Below, one piece after another: positions 46,716 to 56,653 of a stretch of DNA of 64,000 nucleotides. The position numbers and the translations under genes are program-made. Below the pieces are notes generated by a model that did no database searches, was not told the origin of the DNA, and saw nothing but the letters and a program-made list of their open reading frames with translations. Origin of the DNA: Polyangiaceae bacterium. GTDB taxonomy: Bacteria > Myxococcota_A > Polyangia > Polyangiales > Polyangiaceae. The DNA lies in assembly GCA_050287085.1 (NCBI GenBank), contig JBNKBE010000002.1:340447-404446 (forward strand), in the 5' to 3' direction. Numbering within the stretch: the stretch's first letter is position 1; the number at the start of each line of letters is the position of its first letter.

Positions 46716-48449
46716 TCAGAGCAACGCCCACAGCAGACACAGACCGAAGAGCCCCACCGCCCACAGCGAGGTGACACTGATGCTCCAGGGCTCGCCCATC
46801 AGCGATGGCGGAGTGTTCGCCGTCCGGGCGCTTTCGACCAGCTGGCGCGCTAGGGTGTAGGTCTGATCGCGGAGGGCAACAAAGCCCCGTAGTAGCGGCA
46901 TTCCAAGCCGTTGTCCGAGCAGCGGGAGGGCGCGTCGATACACCCAGTCCGTGTCCAGGTTGGTCGCGTTCAACTCGGGGGGATAAGTCAGTAGCTCGAA
47001 GGCGCCACCGCGAGGTTTGGTGTGCAGTCGCCACATGACGGTGAAGGCCAGCGCTGCGAACAACAACAACTGCAGGCTGGTTAGTACGTGGCTTGGGGTA
47101 TAGGGCGCGTAGTCCACGGAGTAGGGCAGAATCGCGTACAGCGGTTCGGGAAAAAGGCCGATCCCTAGGCAGAGTACCGCTGCTCCGCCCATCGCCAGCA
47201 GCATGTTCAACGGCGCCTCTTTCACGCGTCGTCCGCTGTCGTGTGCGAAGAAGGCGAAGAACGGGATTTTGATACCCGAATGATCGACGACACCCGCCGA
47301 GGCGACGAGAAGTACGACGGTCAGCCACACCCAGTGGGTATCGGCCGCGGCGGTCAGCGTCATCGACTTGGTGACGAATCCAGAGAAAAGGGGGAAACCG
47401 GAAATTGCGAGGGAGCCAACGATGCAGAAGAGCGTGGTCCATGGCATCGATTTGTGTAGTCCCCCCAATTCGGTCGCCTTGACGGTGCCAGTGCGCATGA
47501 GAACCGCGCCCATAGCCATGAATAGGAGCCCCTTGTAGATGATATGGGCGAAAGCGTGTGCCGCCGCGCCATTGAGGGCCATTTCGGTGCCGATCCCAAC
47601 ACCTACGACCATGAAGCCGAGCTGGTTGTTCAAGCTGTAGGCGAGCACGCGGCGAAGATCGTTTTCGATCACCGCGAAGACGATGGGAAATAGCGTCATC
47701 GCGGCGCCGATGTAGATGAGTATTTCGGTACCGGCGAAGCTGCGCGCCAACGCGTACACGGCGAGCTTGGTGGTGAAAGCGCTCAAGATCACCGAACCGC
47801 CCACGGTGGCTTCGGGGTAGGCGTCCTGGAGCCAATTGTGCAGGAAGGGGAATGCGGCCTTTATGCCGAACGCCACGAAGATGAGCTGGCCGCCGATGTC
47901 GTCAAGGCTCAACGCACCAAACTCAAGGCTCTTAGTCTGCTCGTAGCGTATCAGAACGCCAGCGAGCAGGATCACGCCGCTCAGCACTTGCAGCATGAGG
48001 TAGCGGGTGCCGACGCGGTAAGCTTTGGGCGTTCGTCGTGCCCAGATGAGAAACACGCTGGTTACAGCGGTGAGTTCCCAGAACACGAATAGGGTCACGA
48101 GGTCGCCAGCGAACGCTGCTGCGATCGCACTTCCTGCATACATGAGGCCAGTTATGTGCTGTAGCTTGTCTTTGACGTGCAGCACGTAGAGCATCGAGAG
48201 CAGCGCGGCGATGTGGTAGACGTAGCCCCATACCAGGCTGAGCTTATCGACGCGCACGGGGGTGAGCTGCAGCTCGAAGAGCTCCAGCGTGACCGCGTGT
48301 CCGACAGGGAGCGATAGCAAGTGCCAGAAGGATAAGAGGGGCAGAGCCAACATGGCGGTCGCCAGCAACGGACCCCGGAGAAACACGAAAACCAGCGGAC
48401 CGAGCAGCAGCAAGCCGCCCGGAGGAAGGCTGAGCAGGAACTCACTCAT
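46716..48449 (-). CDS. mrpD: Mrp Na+/H+ antiporter subunit D/A-like (third copy)
   Basis: LFVFWE, GIKAAFPFLHNWLQDAYPEA, SAFTTK, LAYS and AHIIYKGLLF. Confidence 0.88.
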   Translation of the reverse strand: MSEFLLSLPPGGLLLLGPLVFVFLRGPLLATAMLALPLLSFWHLLSLPVGHAVTLELFELQLTPVRVDKLSLVWGYVYHIAALLSMLYVLHVKDKLQHITGLMYAGSAIAAAFAGDLVTLFVFWELTAVTSVFLIWARRTPKAYRVGTRYLMLQVLSGVILLAGVLIRYEQTKSLEFGALSLDDIGGQLIFVAFGIKAAFPFLHNWLQDAYPEATVGGSVILSAFTTKLAVYALARSFAGTEILIYIGAAMTLFPIVFAVIENDLRRVLAYSLNNQLGFMVVGVGIGTEMALNGAAAHAFAHIIYKGLLFMAMGAVLMRTGTVKATELGGLHKSMPWTTLFCIVGSLAISGFPLFSGFVTKSMTLTAAADTHWVWLTVVLLVASAGVVDHSGIKIPFFAFFAHDSGRRVKEAPLNMLLAMGGAAVLCLGIGLFPEPLYAILPYSVDYAPYTPSHVLTSLQLLLFAALAFTVMWRLHTKPRGGAFELLTYPPELNATNLDTDWVYRRALPLLGQRLGMPLLRGFVALRDQTYTLARQLVESARTANTPPSLMGEPWSISVTSLWAVGLFGLCLLWALL

Positions 48450-48714
48450 CGTAATATCCCTCTGGGCGCCTCACCCATTGTCGTAGCAGCTTGGCGCTGC
48501 TCACGATGGTAACGTAGGCAGCGAAGCCAAATAGGCCGTGAAAGCCGAGCAAGTCCTCGAACTCGAAGTGGCTGTGCTTGTGATAGAGCAGATCGCTCAC
48601 GAAGAGCAGCGCACATACGCAGCCGAGGACGAGCAGAATGCGGCGGGACAGGCCTGGCGCATCGGCCCAGGTCGTAGGGGGGGGTGTCGGTTCGGGATCG
48701 GCGTCGGCGCTCAT
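48442..48714 (-). CDS. Small two-TM Mrp-associated membrane protein
   Basis: Two hydrophobic segments and the C-terminus RRPEGYYDE; overlaps the next start; embedded between mrpD copies. Confidence 0.75.
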   Translation of the reverse strand: MSADADPEPTPPPTTWADAPGLSRRILLVLGCVCALLFVSDLLYHKHSHFEFEDLLGFHGLFGFAAYVTIVSSAKLLRQWVRRPEGYYDE

Positions 48715-48716
48715 GG

Positions 48717-50210
48717 TCAACCTCCCACGATGGGCTTGAGGAGCCGGTAGATTGGCTGCGCGTAGAAGAAGAGTACGACGCAGCCGACTGCTGTTGCACA
48801 GAGTGGAACCAGGCAGAGCCACGGGGCTTCACCGTGATCGGCGCTGTGAGCATGGGCGTCGGTCTCGTCGTGCTGCTCCGGGGCTGCCGGAGGAGGCAAG
48901 AAGAACGCTCGTGCGACAACCGGTATCAAGTATGCGATGCTAAGCAAGGAGGAAGCCATCAGCACGTACATGAATACGGTGTTGCCGCCTTCGACCGCGC
49001 CCAGCGCCAGGTGCCACTTGCTCCATACCCCTCCAAACGGGGGCAGGCCAATGAGCGACAAGGACGCGAGCAAGAATGCCAACATAGTGAACGGCATCTT
49101 GCGACCCAAGCCGTTGAGCTCACTGACTTTGGTCTTGTGCGCGGTCACGTAGATGGCTCCGGCGCAGAAGAACAAGGTAATCTTGGCCATGGCGTGCATT
49201 GCGATGTGCAGCCCTCCGCCGACCACGCTCCCGGGGGTTGCCAGCGCTCCCCCAAGCACGATGTAGGAGAGGTGGCTTATTGTTGAGTAGGCGAGTCGTG
49301 CCTTCAGATTGTCCTGCGCGATGGCGATTGCAGACGCGACCAGGAGTGTGAAGGCGGCCACGTACATCAGAAAATCCGACGCATGCGTCGCGTTCAACAA
49401 ATCCAAACCGAAGACGTAGACGATTACTTTCAGAACGGTGAATACGCCCGCCTTCACGACGGCGACGGCATGTAGCAGCGCGCTGACGGGCGTCGGGGCC
49501 ACCATGGCGTTGGGGAGCCAGCGGTGAAAGGGCATGAGTGCGGCTTTGCCAGTGCCAAACATGAACAACGCCAGCAGGATCGTCACGACCGCCGGAGAGG
49601 CCTTGTCGGCGAGGATGCCCCCGGGGCGGAAATCAACGGTGCCGGAGAGCTGGAATGTCCAGATGATCCCGAAGAGCAGTCCGACGACCGACGTCGTGAC
49701 GAGCAGTCCAAGGTAGATCCGACCGGCCTTGAGCGCTTGCTCTGTACCGTAGTGCGTGACCAGCGGGTAGGTTGCGAACGTGAGCAACTCGTAAAACAAG
49801 AAGAGCGTCAGGAGGTTCGCAGAAAAGGCGATTCCCAGGGCGCCAAAGATCGACAGCGCAAAGCATGTGAAGAAGCGCGTCTGGTGTTGCTCATGGTGAG
49901 CGCGCATGTAGCCGATGGCGTACAGACTCGTGAGAATCCACAGGCCGGACGCGACTGCCGCGTAGAGTGCTCCCAGGGGCTCCAACGCAAACCCAATGGT
50001 GATGTTGGGGCCAAACGCGAAGAGTTCGAGTCTGGGCGGGTCTGCGTCTTGGGCGAAGGGGATTAGTTGAAATACGAACCAGGCGGTTCCAAGCGTTCCA
50101 AGCAGCGTGAACGTCTCACGGAGATTGGGGCGGCTACCACTGAAGGCCACTAGTAGGGCGGTCGCTAGCGGAACGAGCAGACCGACACCAAGCGCTGCAT
50201 CGGGGCTCAT
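48717..50210 (-). CDS. mrpD: Mrp antiporter subunit D family (second copy)
   Basis: LFLFYE, GKAALMPFHRWLPNAMVAPTPVSALLHAVAVVK and LAYSTISHLSY. Confidence 0.9.
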   Translation of the reverse strand: MSPDAALGVGLLVPLATALLVAFSGSRPNLRETFTLLGTLGTAWFVFQLIPFAQDADPPRLELFAFGPNITIGFALEPLGALYAAVASGLWILTSLYAIGYMRAHHEQHQTRFFTCFALSIFGALGIAFSANLLTLFLFYELLTFATYPLVTHYGTEQALKAGRIYLGLLVTTSVVGLLFGIIWTFQLSGTVDFRPGGILADKASPAVVTILLALFMFGTGKAALMPFHRWLPNAMVAPTPVSALLHAVAVVKAGVFTVLKVIVYVFGLDLLNATHASDFLMYVAAFTLLVASAIAIAQDNLKARLAYSTISHLSYIVLGGALATPGSVVGGGLHIAMHAMAKITLFFCAGAIYVTAHKTKVSELNGLGRKMPFTMLAFLLASLSLIGLPPFGGVWSKWHLALGAVEGGNTVFMYVLMASSLLSIAYLIPVVARAFFLPPPAAPEQHDETDAHAHSADHGEAPWLCLVPLCATAVGCVVLFFYAQPIYRLLKPIVGG

Positions 50211-51829
50211 GGGTGCTCCTCCGTCTTGGCTCCACCAGGCTCGTGTTCGAGTCGAGGGGCTGGGCTATGGGCGCCACCCCCCTCCTCGTGAGTGGTCGAC
50301 TCATCGCTTGTGCTTTGACCATGGGCCTGCGCCGGGCGGACCCCCAAGACGGTACTGACTTTGCCGCCGTCAAGCAGCTCATTTGCCGCTCGCTCGGCGA
50401 GCGCAACAGGGCCTGTCGTGAAGATGCCGAAGAAGAGAGAAGCGAGTGTGAGCCCCCACGCCGGCAACAGCAGACCTGGTCGTTCAGGTGCCGGCGAAAC
50501 TTCGCTGGGCGGCTCCCTGAAGTAGGCCACCTCAATGACGCGCCAAATGTAGGCTACTGCCAGCAGCGAACTGCACAGAATGGCCACTGCGACTCCAATC
50601 TGACCCGCTTCGAGCGCGGCCAGCACCAGATACCACTTCGAGACGAACCCGGAAGTCCCGGGCACGCCAATGAGGCTAAGGCCGCCGGCCACGAGGGCTG
50701 CAACTGTGAGCGGTAGCTGCTTGCCAGCCCCCGCGAGCTTGTCGAAACTAGCACTGCCCGCGTGTGCAACGAGCGCGCCTACAGCCATGAACATGGCACT
50801 CTTGGTGAGCGCGTGAGCCACGATATGAATCAGGCCAGCCTGCAGTCCCAGTGCGGTGCCAAAGCTGGCGGCCAGAGTCATGTAGCCTAGCTGGCCAATG
50901 CTAGAGTAGGCGAGAAGGCGCTTGAGGTCCTTCTGGAAGATTGCTGCCGTCGAACCGGCAAACATCGCAAGGAGGCTCAAGGGCATCAACAGCTCACCAA
51001 GTCGCAGTCGGCCAAAGACGATGCCTGCGCCGATGACGACGAAGCTGAAACGCAGCAACAAGTAGTAGATGACTTTGGTTGCGGTGCCCGCGACAAACGC
51101 AGATACCGCCGACGGCGCGTAGGCGTAGGCGTTGGGAAGCCACTGATGCAGCGGAAAGACGGCGACTTTGAGACCCAGGCCGACCGTGAGAAACGCAAAC
51201 GCTACCGGAAGCGTACGGCTATCGACTACGGGCGGCAGTCGGGCGGCAATGTCGGCCATGTTGAGCGACCCGGTGAGCTGATAGAGCATCCCGATCCCGA
51301 GCAGAATGAATGTACCGCCCACCGTGCCAACCATGAGATAGCTCAGCGCGGCGGTTAGGGCGCGACGCGTATTGCCAAGCGCAATGAGCGTGTACGTAGA
51401 CAACGAGGAGATCTCCAGGAAGACGAATACGTTGAAGGCATCCCCTGTCACCGTCATTCCGATAAGCCCCGTCATGCAGAGAAGATAGGCGGCGTAGAAA
51501 TACGCCTCCTGACCCTCTGGGAGCGAATAGCTGCGCGGTCCAATACCGCCCAGCACCACAGCAGAGCCCACACCTGTGACGACCAGCAAGAGCAATACGG
51601 TCAAGGAATCGACCCGGAGCTCGATGCCCCAGGGCGGCTCCCAACCGCCGATGTGGTAGGCGATATTGCCGTTGGCTTCCACCTCGCTCAATAGCGAAGC
51701 CGCCATCGTGAACGCAGTCCAGCAGACTACGGTGGCGAACGCGCGCGCCAGAACTGGACGTCGCAGAATGATACACAGGGGCGCGCTGAGCAGCGGCAGC
51801 GCCACCATCAACGCCGGCAGCTGATTCAC
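50207..51829 (-). CDS. mrpD: Mrp antiporter subunit D (first copy)
   Basis: GDAFNVFVFLE, GLKVAVFPLHQWLPNAY, TATK and KRLLAYSS. Confidence 0.92.
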   Translation of the reverse strand: MNQLPALMVALPLLSAPLCIILRRPVLARAFATVVCWTAFTMAASLLSEVEANGNIAYHIGGWEPPWGIELRVDSLTVLLLLVVTGVGSAVVLGGIGPRSYSLPEGQEAYFYAAYLLCMTGLIGMTVTGDAFNVFVFLEISSLSTYTLIALGNTRRALTAALSYLMVGTVGGTFILLGIGMLYQLTGSLNMADIAARLPPVVDSRTLPVAFAFLTVGLGLKVAVFPLHQWLPNAYAYAPSAVSAFVAGTATKVIYYLLLRFSFVVIGAGIVFGRLRLGELLMPLSLLAMFAGSTAAIFQKDLKRLLAYSSIGQLGYMTLAASFGTALGLQAGLIHIVAHALTKSAMFMAVGALVAHAGSASFDKLAGAGKQLPLTVAALVAGGLSLIGVPGTSGFVSKWYLVLAALEAGQIGVAVAILCSSLLAVAYIWRVIEVAYFREPPSEVSPAPERPGLLLPAWGLTLASLFFGIFTTGPVALAERAANELLDGGKVSTVLGVRPAQAHGQSTSDESTTHEEGGGAHSPAPRLEHEPGGAKTEEHP

Positions 51830-52200
51830 TCTTCGCCTCCCGACTCCGATTGGCTCTTCAAGTCCAAACGACGCACTTCATCCTCTTCGATCGAGCCGTA
51901 GGCCTCTTTGATTCGTACGATCAAGGCCAGCCCAAGCGCCGTCGTCGCGATCCCGACCACGATGGCTGTGAGCATCAAGACGTGTGGCAACGGGTTTGAA
52001 TAGTCTTTGGCGCTGAGACCTGGCGCCAAGATGGGAGCCGTACCGCCTTCGACTTTGCCCATCGTGACGTAGAACATGATGACAGCTACCTGAAAGAGGT
52101 TCAGCCCCATCATCTTCTTGATCAGGTTTCGCTTGGCCATCAGGGCGTACAAGCCCGTCATGAGTAAGACGACGAACAGCCAAAAGTGCCACTGGCTCAT
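51826..52200 (-). CDS. mrpC: Mrp antiporter subunit C
   Basis: NLIKKMMGL and NPLPHVLMLTAIVVG. Confidence 0.95.
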   Translation of the reverse strand: MSQWHFWLFVVLLMTGLYALMAKRNLIKKMMGLNLFQVAVIMFYVTMGKVEGGTAPILAPGLSAKDYSNPLPHVLMLTAIVVGIATTALGLALIVRIKEAYGSIEEDEVRRLDLKSQSESGGEE

Positions 52201-52625
52201 GGGCGATCTCTTCCGACAAAGGCGTAGTAGATTGCGACCATGACGCTGGTCACCGTGATGCCTACCCCGAGTTCAACCAAGAATATGCCCCAATGTTGAC
52301 CGTGATGACCGAGCGCCGTGTAGTCCAAGAACGCGAAGCCCTGAGTGGCGCAGTAAACGCCGGTGCCCCCGTACATGAGGACCCCCAAGGCGATGCCAAT
52401 CTCAATCATGCGCGCCGAAACAATAGCCTTCAGCGACCCTTTGCCGAAAACCAGACCGTACATGATCAGACCTGCCGCGAAGATGACCCCGGCTTGGAAG
52501 CCACCGCCGGGTCCAAAGTCTCCGTGGAACTGAACGTAGAGCGAGAAGAGCAAAATGAAGGGGATGACCGCTTTGGCCACGGCCCGCATCACCGACACTT
52601 CACGAACGGGAGTGTGATAGCTCAT
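52197..52625 (-). CDS. mrpB: Mrp antiporter subunit B
   Basis: HGDFGPGGGFQAG and ELGVGITV. Confidence 0.93.
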   Translation of the reverse strand: MSYHTPVREVSVMRAVAKAVIPFILLFSLYVQFHGDFGPGGGFQAGVIFAAGLIMYGLVFGKGSLKAIVSARMIEIGIALGVLMYGGTGVYCATQGFAFLDYTALGHHGQHWGIFLVELGVGITVTSVMVAIYYAFVGRDRP

Positions 52626-53287
52626 GTCGCGGCCTCGTCGGGGGCTCGATTGTCGTTCGTTTCGCGGGTGATGGCTTGGTTGTCGCTCAGGTCACCTTCT
52701 GCTGGTGGCAGGTAAGCGCTTGGTCGTGAGGGTAGCGCTTGCCGTCCGCGTGTGGCTTCGGTTTGCCAAGCGACGCCGCCTAACAAGACGAGCACACCGA
52801 CAGCGGCCGTAAACACCACTGTGGTTTCTCCAAAGGTATCGTAGCCGCGGTAACTGGCCAGAACACTGGTGACGATGTTCGGCAAGCCGACTTCGGTTCC
52901 AGATTGTTCGACATAACGCGGCACCACGTGGTGGTTGATGACTGCGGAGTAGTCGCCGTACGCTGGCATATCGCCCGTGGCGTAGAGCAATACCGCGCCC
53001 ACGCTCAACGCCGTTAGCAGGGCCGGCAGCGAGAAGCCGCCAGAGGGCGCTTCTTTTTCTCCTGTTAGCGCCAGCGTGGCGAGGAACAGCACCGTGGACA
53101 CGCCTGCGCCGACCGCGGCTTCGGTGAACGCCACATCGACGGCGTCCGTCAGGGTGTATATCCCAGTGCAAAGCAGGCTGAAGATGCCGCTCAGCATGAC
53201 GGCCGCGAAGAGATTCTTGGCGCGGACGATCTCCCATGCGACCAGCAGGAGGAACCCGAAGAGGATAGACTCAAGCGGGAATGACAT
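52622..53287 (-). CDS. DUF4040/MrpB-related subunit (equivalent to the MrpA C-terminal part)
   Basis: AVDVAFTEAAVGAG and NIVTSVLASYRGYDTFGE. Confidence 0.9.
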   Translation of the reverse strand: MSFPLESILFGFLLLVAWEIVRAKNLFAAVMLSGIFSLLCTGIYTLTDAVDVAFTEAAVGAGVSTVLFLATLALTGEKEAPSGGFSLPALLTALSVGAVLLYATGDMPAYGDYSAVINHHVVPRYVEQSGTEVGLPNIVTSVLASYRGYDTFGETTVVFTAAVGVLVLLGGVAWQTEATRGRQALPSRPSAYLPPAEGDLSDNQAITRETNDNRAPDEAAT

Positions 53288-53603
53288 CGCGCGGCTTCTC
53301 CTGTTCGCCTTCTACCGCAAGTCCGGTGGCGTAGGCGGCCTTGGCGAGGGCGTGCGTGGCAGCTGGCCCCGTCAGATAAATGGCGATCCAGATCGTGAGG
53401 ATCTTTGCTGTAAGCAATGTAAACCCGGCTTCGACGGCGCAGGCCGCCAAGATCAAGCCAGCGCCCAACGTATCGGTGACGCCCACCGCGTGGATACGCG
53501 AATAGAAGTCCGGGAAGCGCACCAGCCCAAGGCCTCCAATTATGGCAAATACGGACCCGGCAGCGAGAAGAACCCAGGTCAGTAGCTCGAAGGCTTCAGT
53601 CAT
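53271..53603 (-). CDS. mrpG: Mrp antiporter subunit G
   Basis: GLVRFPDFYSRIHA..DTLG and PAATHALAKAA. Confidence 0.93.
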   Translation of the reverse strand: MTEAFELLTWVLLAAGSVFAIIGGLGLVRFPDFYSRIHAVGVTDTLGAGLILAACAVEAGFTLLTAKILTIWIAIYLTGPAATHALAKAAYATGLAVEGEQEKPRDVIPA

Positions 53604-53883
53604 GTTTTGTCTTTCTCTCGATCACGAGCGAGCCAAACTTGGCGTACCGCATCACGGCGAAGATGCCGATGAAGTTCATCAATGCGTAGACCAATGCGAG
53701 ATCCAACCATTCTGGGCGGCCGAAGAAGAAGCCGCTTACCGCGATCAGCAGAATGGTCTTGGTGCCGATCATGTTGGCGCCCAGAATCCGGTCAAAAACG
53801 GATGGACCGCCATAGACGCGCACACCTGCCAATATGATGTTGACGATCACGGCCACCATCGGGACTAGGAACTTCCAGTTCAT
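53596..53883 (-). CDS. mrpF: Mrp antiporter subunit F
   Basis: GPSVFDRIL and DLALVYALMNF. Confidence 0.93.
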   Translation of the reverse strand: MNWKFLVPMVAVIVNIILAGVRVYGGPSVFDRILGANMIGTKTILLIAVSGFFFGRPEWLDLALVYALMNFIGIFAVMRYAKFGSLVIERKTKHD

Positions 53884-54401
53884 ATGTCTCCTTGAGCTCC
53901 ATCGGTCGTACTGGGCGGCTTCAGCGCAATCGCTTGCCCTTCTAGTCGGGCGACGCGCCGATCCAACTCACCCGCGCCGCTCTCGTCGATGGAGCCATCG
54001 GTCAGAGCATGAACGAGGAAGTGGTTGTGACGGACGTCGAGCGTAACGGTCCCCGGGGTGATCGTGATGGTATTGGCGTGAATGACCTGCCCAAAGACCG
54101 TGCGTTGCCGGATCGGCAGGCGCACTAGGTGCGGTTGAATCGGAAGGCTAGGAGCGAGGATTAGACGCGCTACCTCGATGTTGGTCTTGATGACCTGCCA
54201 GAGTACCCACGGGATGAACTTCAAGAGCTCCCAAGCGAGGGCAAAGGGAAAGCTCTCGTCATCGACGAGACCCATACGCCGGCTCAGCCAGGCGACAAGC
54301 CCGATCGATATGGCACCAAGACCCAACATCAGGGGTTCGAAATGGCCCGACCACAGCAGCCACACGGCGCTGAGCAGGACGATCGTTGCAAACATTCGCA
54401 T
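53880..54401 (-). CDS. mrpE: Mrp antiporter subunit E
   Basis: WLLWSG, NIEVAR, ANTITITPGT and VHAL. Confidence 0.93.
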   Translation of the reverse strand: MRMFATIVLLSAVWLLWSGHFEPLMLGLGAISIGLVAWLSRRMGLVDDESFPFALAWELLKFIPWVLWQVIKTNIEVARLILAPSLPIQPHLVRLPIRQRTVFGQVIHANTITITPGTVTLDVRHNHFLVHALTDGSIDESGAGELDRRVARLEGQAIALKPPSTTDGAQGDI

Positions 54402-54606
54402 CGCGTTTTCCCGAGCAGAAAATCCCGCGCAGCCTAGTACGGCACATGCACCAAGAGTATAGGGATCGGCGCGAATTTCTTTGTGCGAAACTCGTTTCGT
54501 GGGTCGGTCCGCGCCAGCTCAAGCCCATCGGCCACCGGGTAGCAAGCGAACTCCGGGCCAGCCAGGACCGCTGCGAGCATACCCATGGGCGAACGCTCGA
54601 GGAGAG

Positions 54607-54683
54607 TGGTCGGGGTGAAAGGATTTGAACCTTCAACGTCCTGCACCCAAAGCAGGCCCTCTACCAGGTTGAGGTACACCCCG
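54607..54683 (-). tRNA. tRNA-Pro(UGG), 77 nt, CCA encoded
   Basis: Folded by hand: CGGGGTG TA CCTC AACCTGGTA GAGG G CCTGC TTTGGGT GCAGG ACGTT GAAGG TTCAAAT CCTTT CACCCCG ACCA. Confidence 0.97.
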
Positions 54684-54712
54684 TTAGCGTATTGCCGCTG
54701 ACCGAAGCAGGG

Positions 54713-54742
54713 CTTATAGGGGCAATCCCCGGTGCTTTTCAA
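54713..54742 (-). promoter_or_regulatory. Sigma70 promoter of tRNA-Pro
   Basis: TTGAAA-18 nt-TATAAG about 30 nt upstream of the tRNA 5' end. Confidence 0.55.
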
Positions 54743-54754
54743 TCGCCAAAACGC

Positions 54755-55060
54755 TCATTCCGGGAGTTGCACCAGTTGGACGTCGAAGCGAATTGGCTTT
54801 CCGTCCGAGACGATGAGGGCATCGAAGGGAAAGTAGCCTTCCTTCTCTACGCTCAGACGGTGCTCGCCGGCGGGAAGCCTCACGCCACGCGCTGCGACAT
54901 AGGAGAGCGCGCCGATGTATTGCTCGTCGATGTAGACGGCGGCGTCGCGCGGGCTGGCCGGTAGCGGACGCAGATCCAGACGCGCGGCGGCGCCGGGAGC
55001 GCATCCGGCGCTGAGCCCAAGGGCTAGCGAGCAGGCGCATGCGCGGAGCTTCGACGTCAT
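54755..55060 (-). CDS. Small PEGA-domain lipoprotein
   Basis: The ATG overlaps the guaA stop (ATGA); lipobox [16 protein letters not shown] and [17 protein letters not shown]. Confidence 0.8.
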   Translation of the reverse strand: MTSKLRACACSLALGLSAGCAPGAAARLDLRPLPASPRDAAVYIDEQYIGALSYVAARGVRLPAGEHRLSVEKEGYFPFDALIVSDGKPIRFDVQLVQLPE

Positions 55061-56622
55061 TCCCATTCGATGGTCGCCGGGGGCTTCGAACTGATATCGT
55101 AGGCGACGCGGTTGATGCCCTTGACCTCGTTGATCAGTCGTGTGCTGATGCGCGCGAGCAAGTCGTAGGGGAGCCGCGCCCAATCGGCTGTCATCGCATC
55201 GTTGCTTTCCACAGCGCGCACGACGCAGGTTTCCTCATAGGTCCGGTCGTCGCCCATGACGCCCACGCTCTTCACCGGCAGCAATACGGCGAAGCTCTGC
55301 CATAGCTTCTCGTATAAGCCAGCGGCTTTGACCTCGTCGAGAACGATGGTATCGGCCTGCCGTAGCACGTCCAAACGCTCTTCGCTGACGGCTCCGAGGC
55401 AACGAATAGCCAAGCCCGGACCCGGAAAGGGCTGTCGCTGAAGTACTTCCTTGGGCATGCCGAGCGACGCGCCCACGCGGCGCACCTCGTCTTTGAACAA
55501 CTCGCGCAAGGGCTCCACCAACTTATGCGCCATGCGCTCCGGGAGACCGCCGACGTTGTGATGGGACTTGATGACCGCGCTTGGACCTTTGACGCTGACG
55601 CTTTCGATGACGTCAGGGTACAGCGTGCCCTGAACCAGGTGTGTAATTGGGTGCTCGGTGTCAGCGTCCAGCTTCTTGGCTTCAGCTTCGAATACTTCGA
55701 TGAACAGTCGTCCGATGCGTTTGCGCTTGGTCTCCGGGTCGCTGACGCCGGCGAGGGCCGTCATGAACTGTGAACGGGCATCGACGGCGATGAGATTCAG
55801 GCCCAGACCGTCCCGCATGGCGTGTTGAACTCGTTCGAATTCCCCGGCGCGCAGCACGCCGTTGTCGACAAAGACGCACGTCAGGCGTGAGCCCAGGGCT
55901 TTGTGACAGAGTACGGCGGCTACCGCGGAATCAACCCCTCCGCTGAGAGCGCATAACGCCCGTCCGTTGGGACCGACCTCGTCTTGGATGCGAGCGACGG
56001 TCTCGTCAACGAAGCTGCCAGGTGTCCAGTCCGGAGTGAGGCGCACAATGTCGAATAGAAACCCGTCGAGGATGTCGCGTCCGCGTTCTGTGTGTTCGAC
56101 TTCGGGATGAAACTGGATGCCGTAGAAGCGCCGCTCCTCGTCGGCCATGGCCGCAAACGGGGCCCCGCGGCTGTGGCCGATCACCGAGAAGCCGGGGGGC
56201 AGTCGCGTCAGGCGGTCACCGTGACTCATCCAGACTTTCGTCGCGGCGTCGGCTTCCAGGCGCCCCAGGAGGGACGTTGTGTCATCGACCAGCAGATCGG
56301 CTGGGCCATACTCTCGCTCGCGCCCGGGCTCTACCGTGCCCCCGAGCGTATGTGCCATCAGTTGCTGTCCGTAGCAGATCCCGAGCATGGGGATCTGGAG
56401 CTCGAAGAGTCCCGCGTCGCACTTGGGGGAGTCCTCGCTGTAGACGCTATCCGGGCCACCACTCAAGATGATGGCGTTCGGACGGGCGGCCACGATCTGT
56501 TCTAGCGGCGCCGTGCCCGGCAAGATCTCACAGTACACAAGACTTTCCCGGATCCGCCGGGCGATGAGCTGCGTGTACTGCGAGCCGAAATCGAGAATCA
56601 ACACACACTGACGGGCGCTCAT
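55057..56622 (-). CDS. guaA: GMP synthase (glutamine-hydrolysing)
   Basis: [57 protein letters not shown] and [10 protein letters not shown]. Confidence 0.99.
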   Translation of the reverse strand: MSARQCVLILDFGSQYTQLIARRIRESLVYCEILPGTAPLEQIVAARPNAIILSGGPDSVYSEDSPKCDAGLFELQIPMLGICYGQQLMAHTLGGTVEPGREREYGPADLLVDDTTSLLGRLEADAATKVWMSHGDRLTRLPPGFSVIGHSRGAPFAAMADEERRFYGIQFHPEVEHTERGRDILDGFLFDIVRLTPDWTPGSFVDETVARIQDEVGPNGRALCALSGGVDSAVAAVLCHKALGSRLTCVFVDNGVLRAGEFERVQHAMRDGLGLNLIAVDARSQFMTALAGVSDPETKRKRIGRLFIEVFEAEAKKLDADTEHPITHLVQGTLYPDVIESVSVKGPSAVIKSHHNVGGLPERMAHKLVEPLRELFKDEVRRVGASLGMPKEVLQRQPFPGPGLAIRCLGAVSEERLDVLRQADTIVLDEVKAAGLYEKLWQSFAVLLPVKSVGVMGDDRTYEETCVVRAVESNDAMTADWARLPYDLLARISTRLINEVKGINRVAYDISSKPPATIEWE

Positions 56623-56653
56623 GGGGGGCTGCTAGCACGGCGCGCAAGCGTTA

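Noticed and set aside
46600..54683. Mrp operon as an island integrated at tRNA-Pro
   Set aside because: No integrase, no duplicated tRNA 3' end found at the far side, and no obvious compositional shift.
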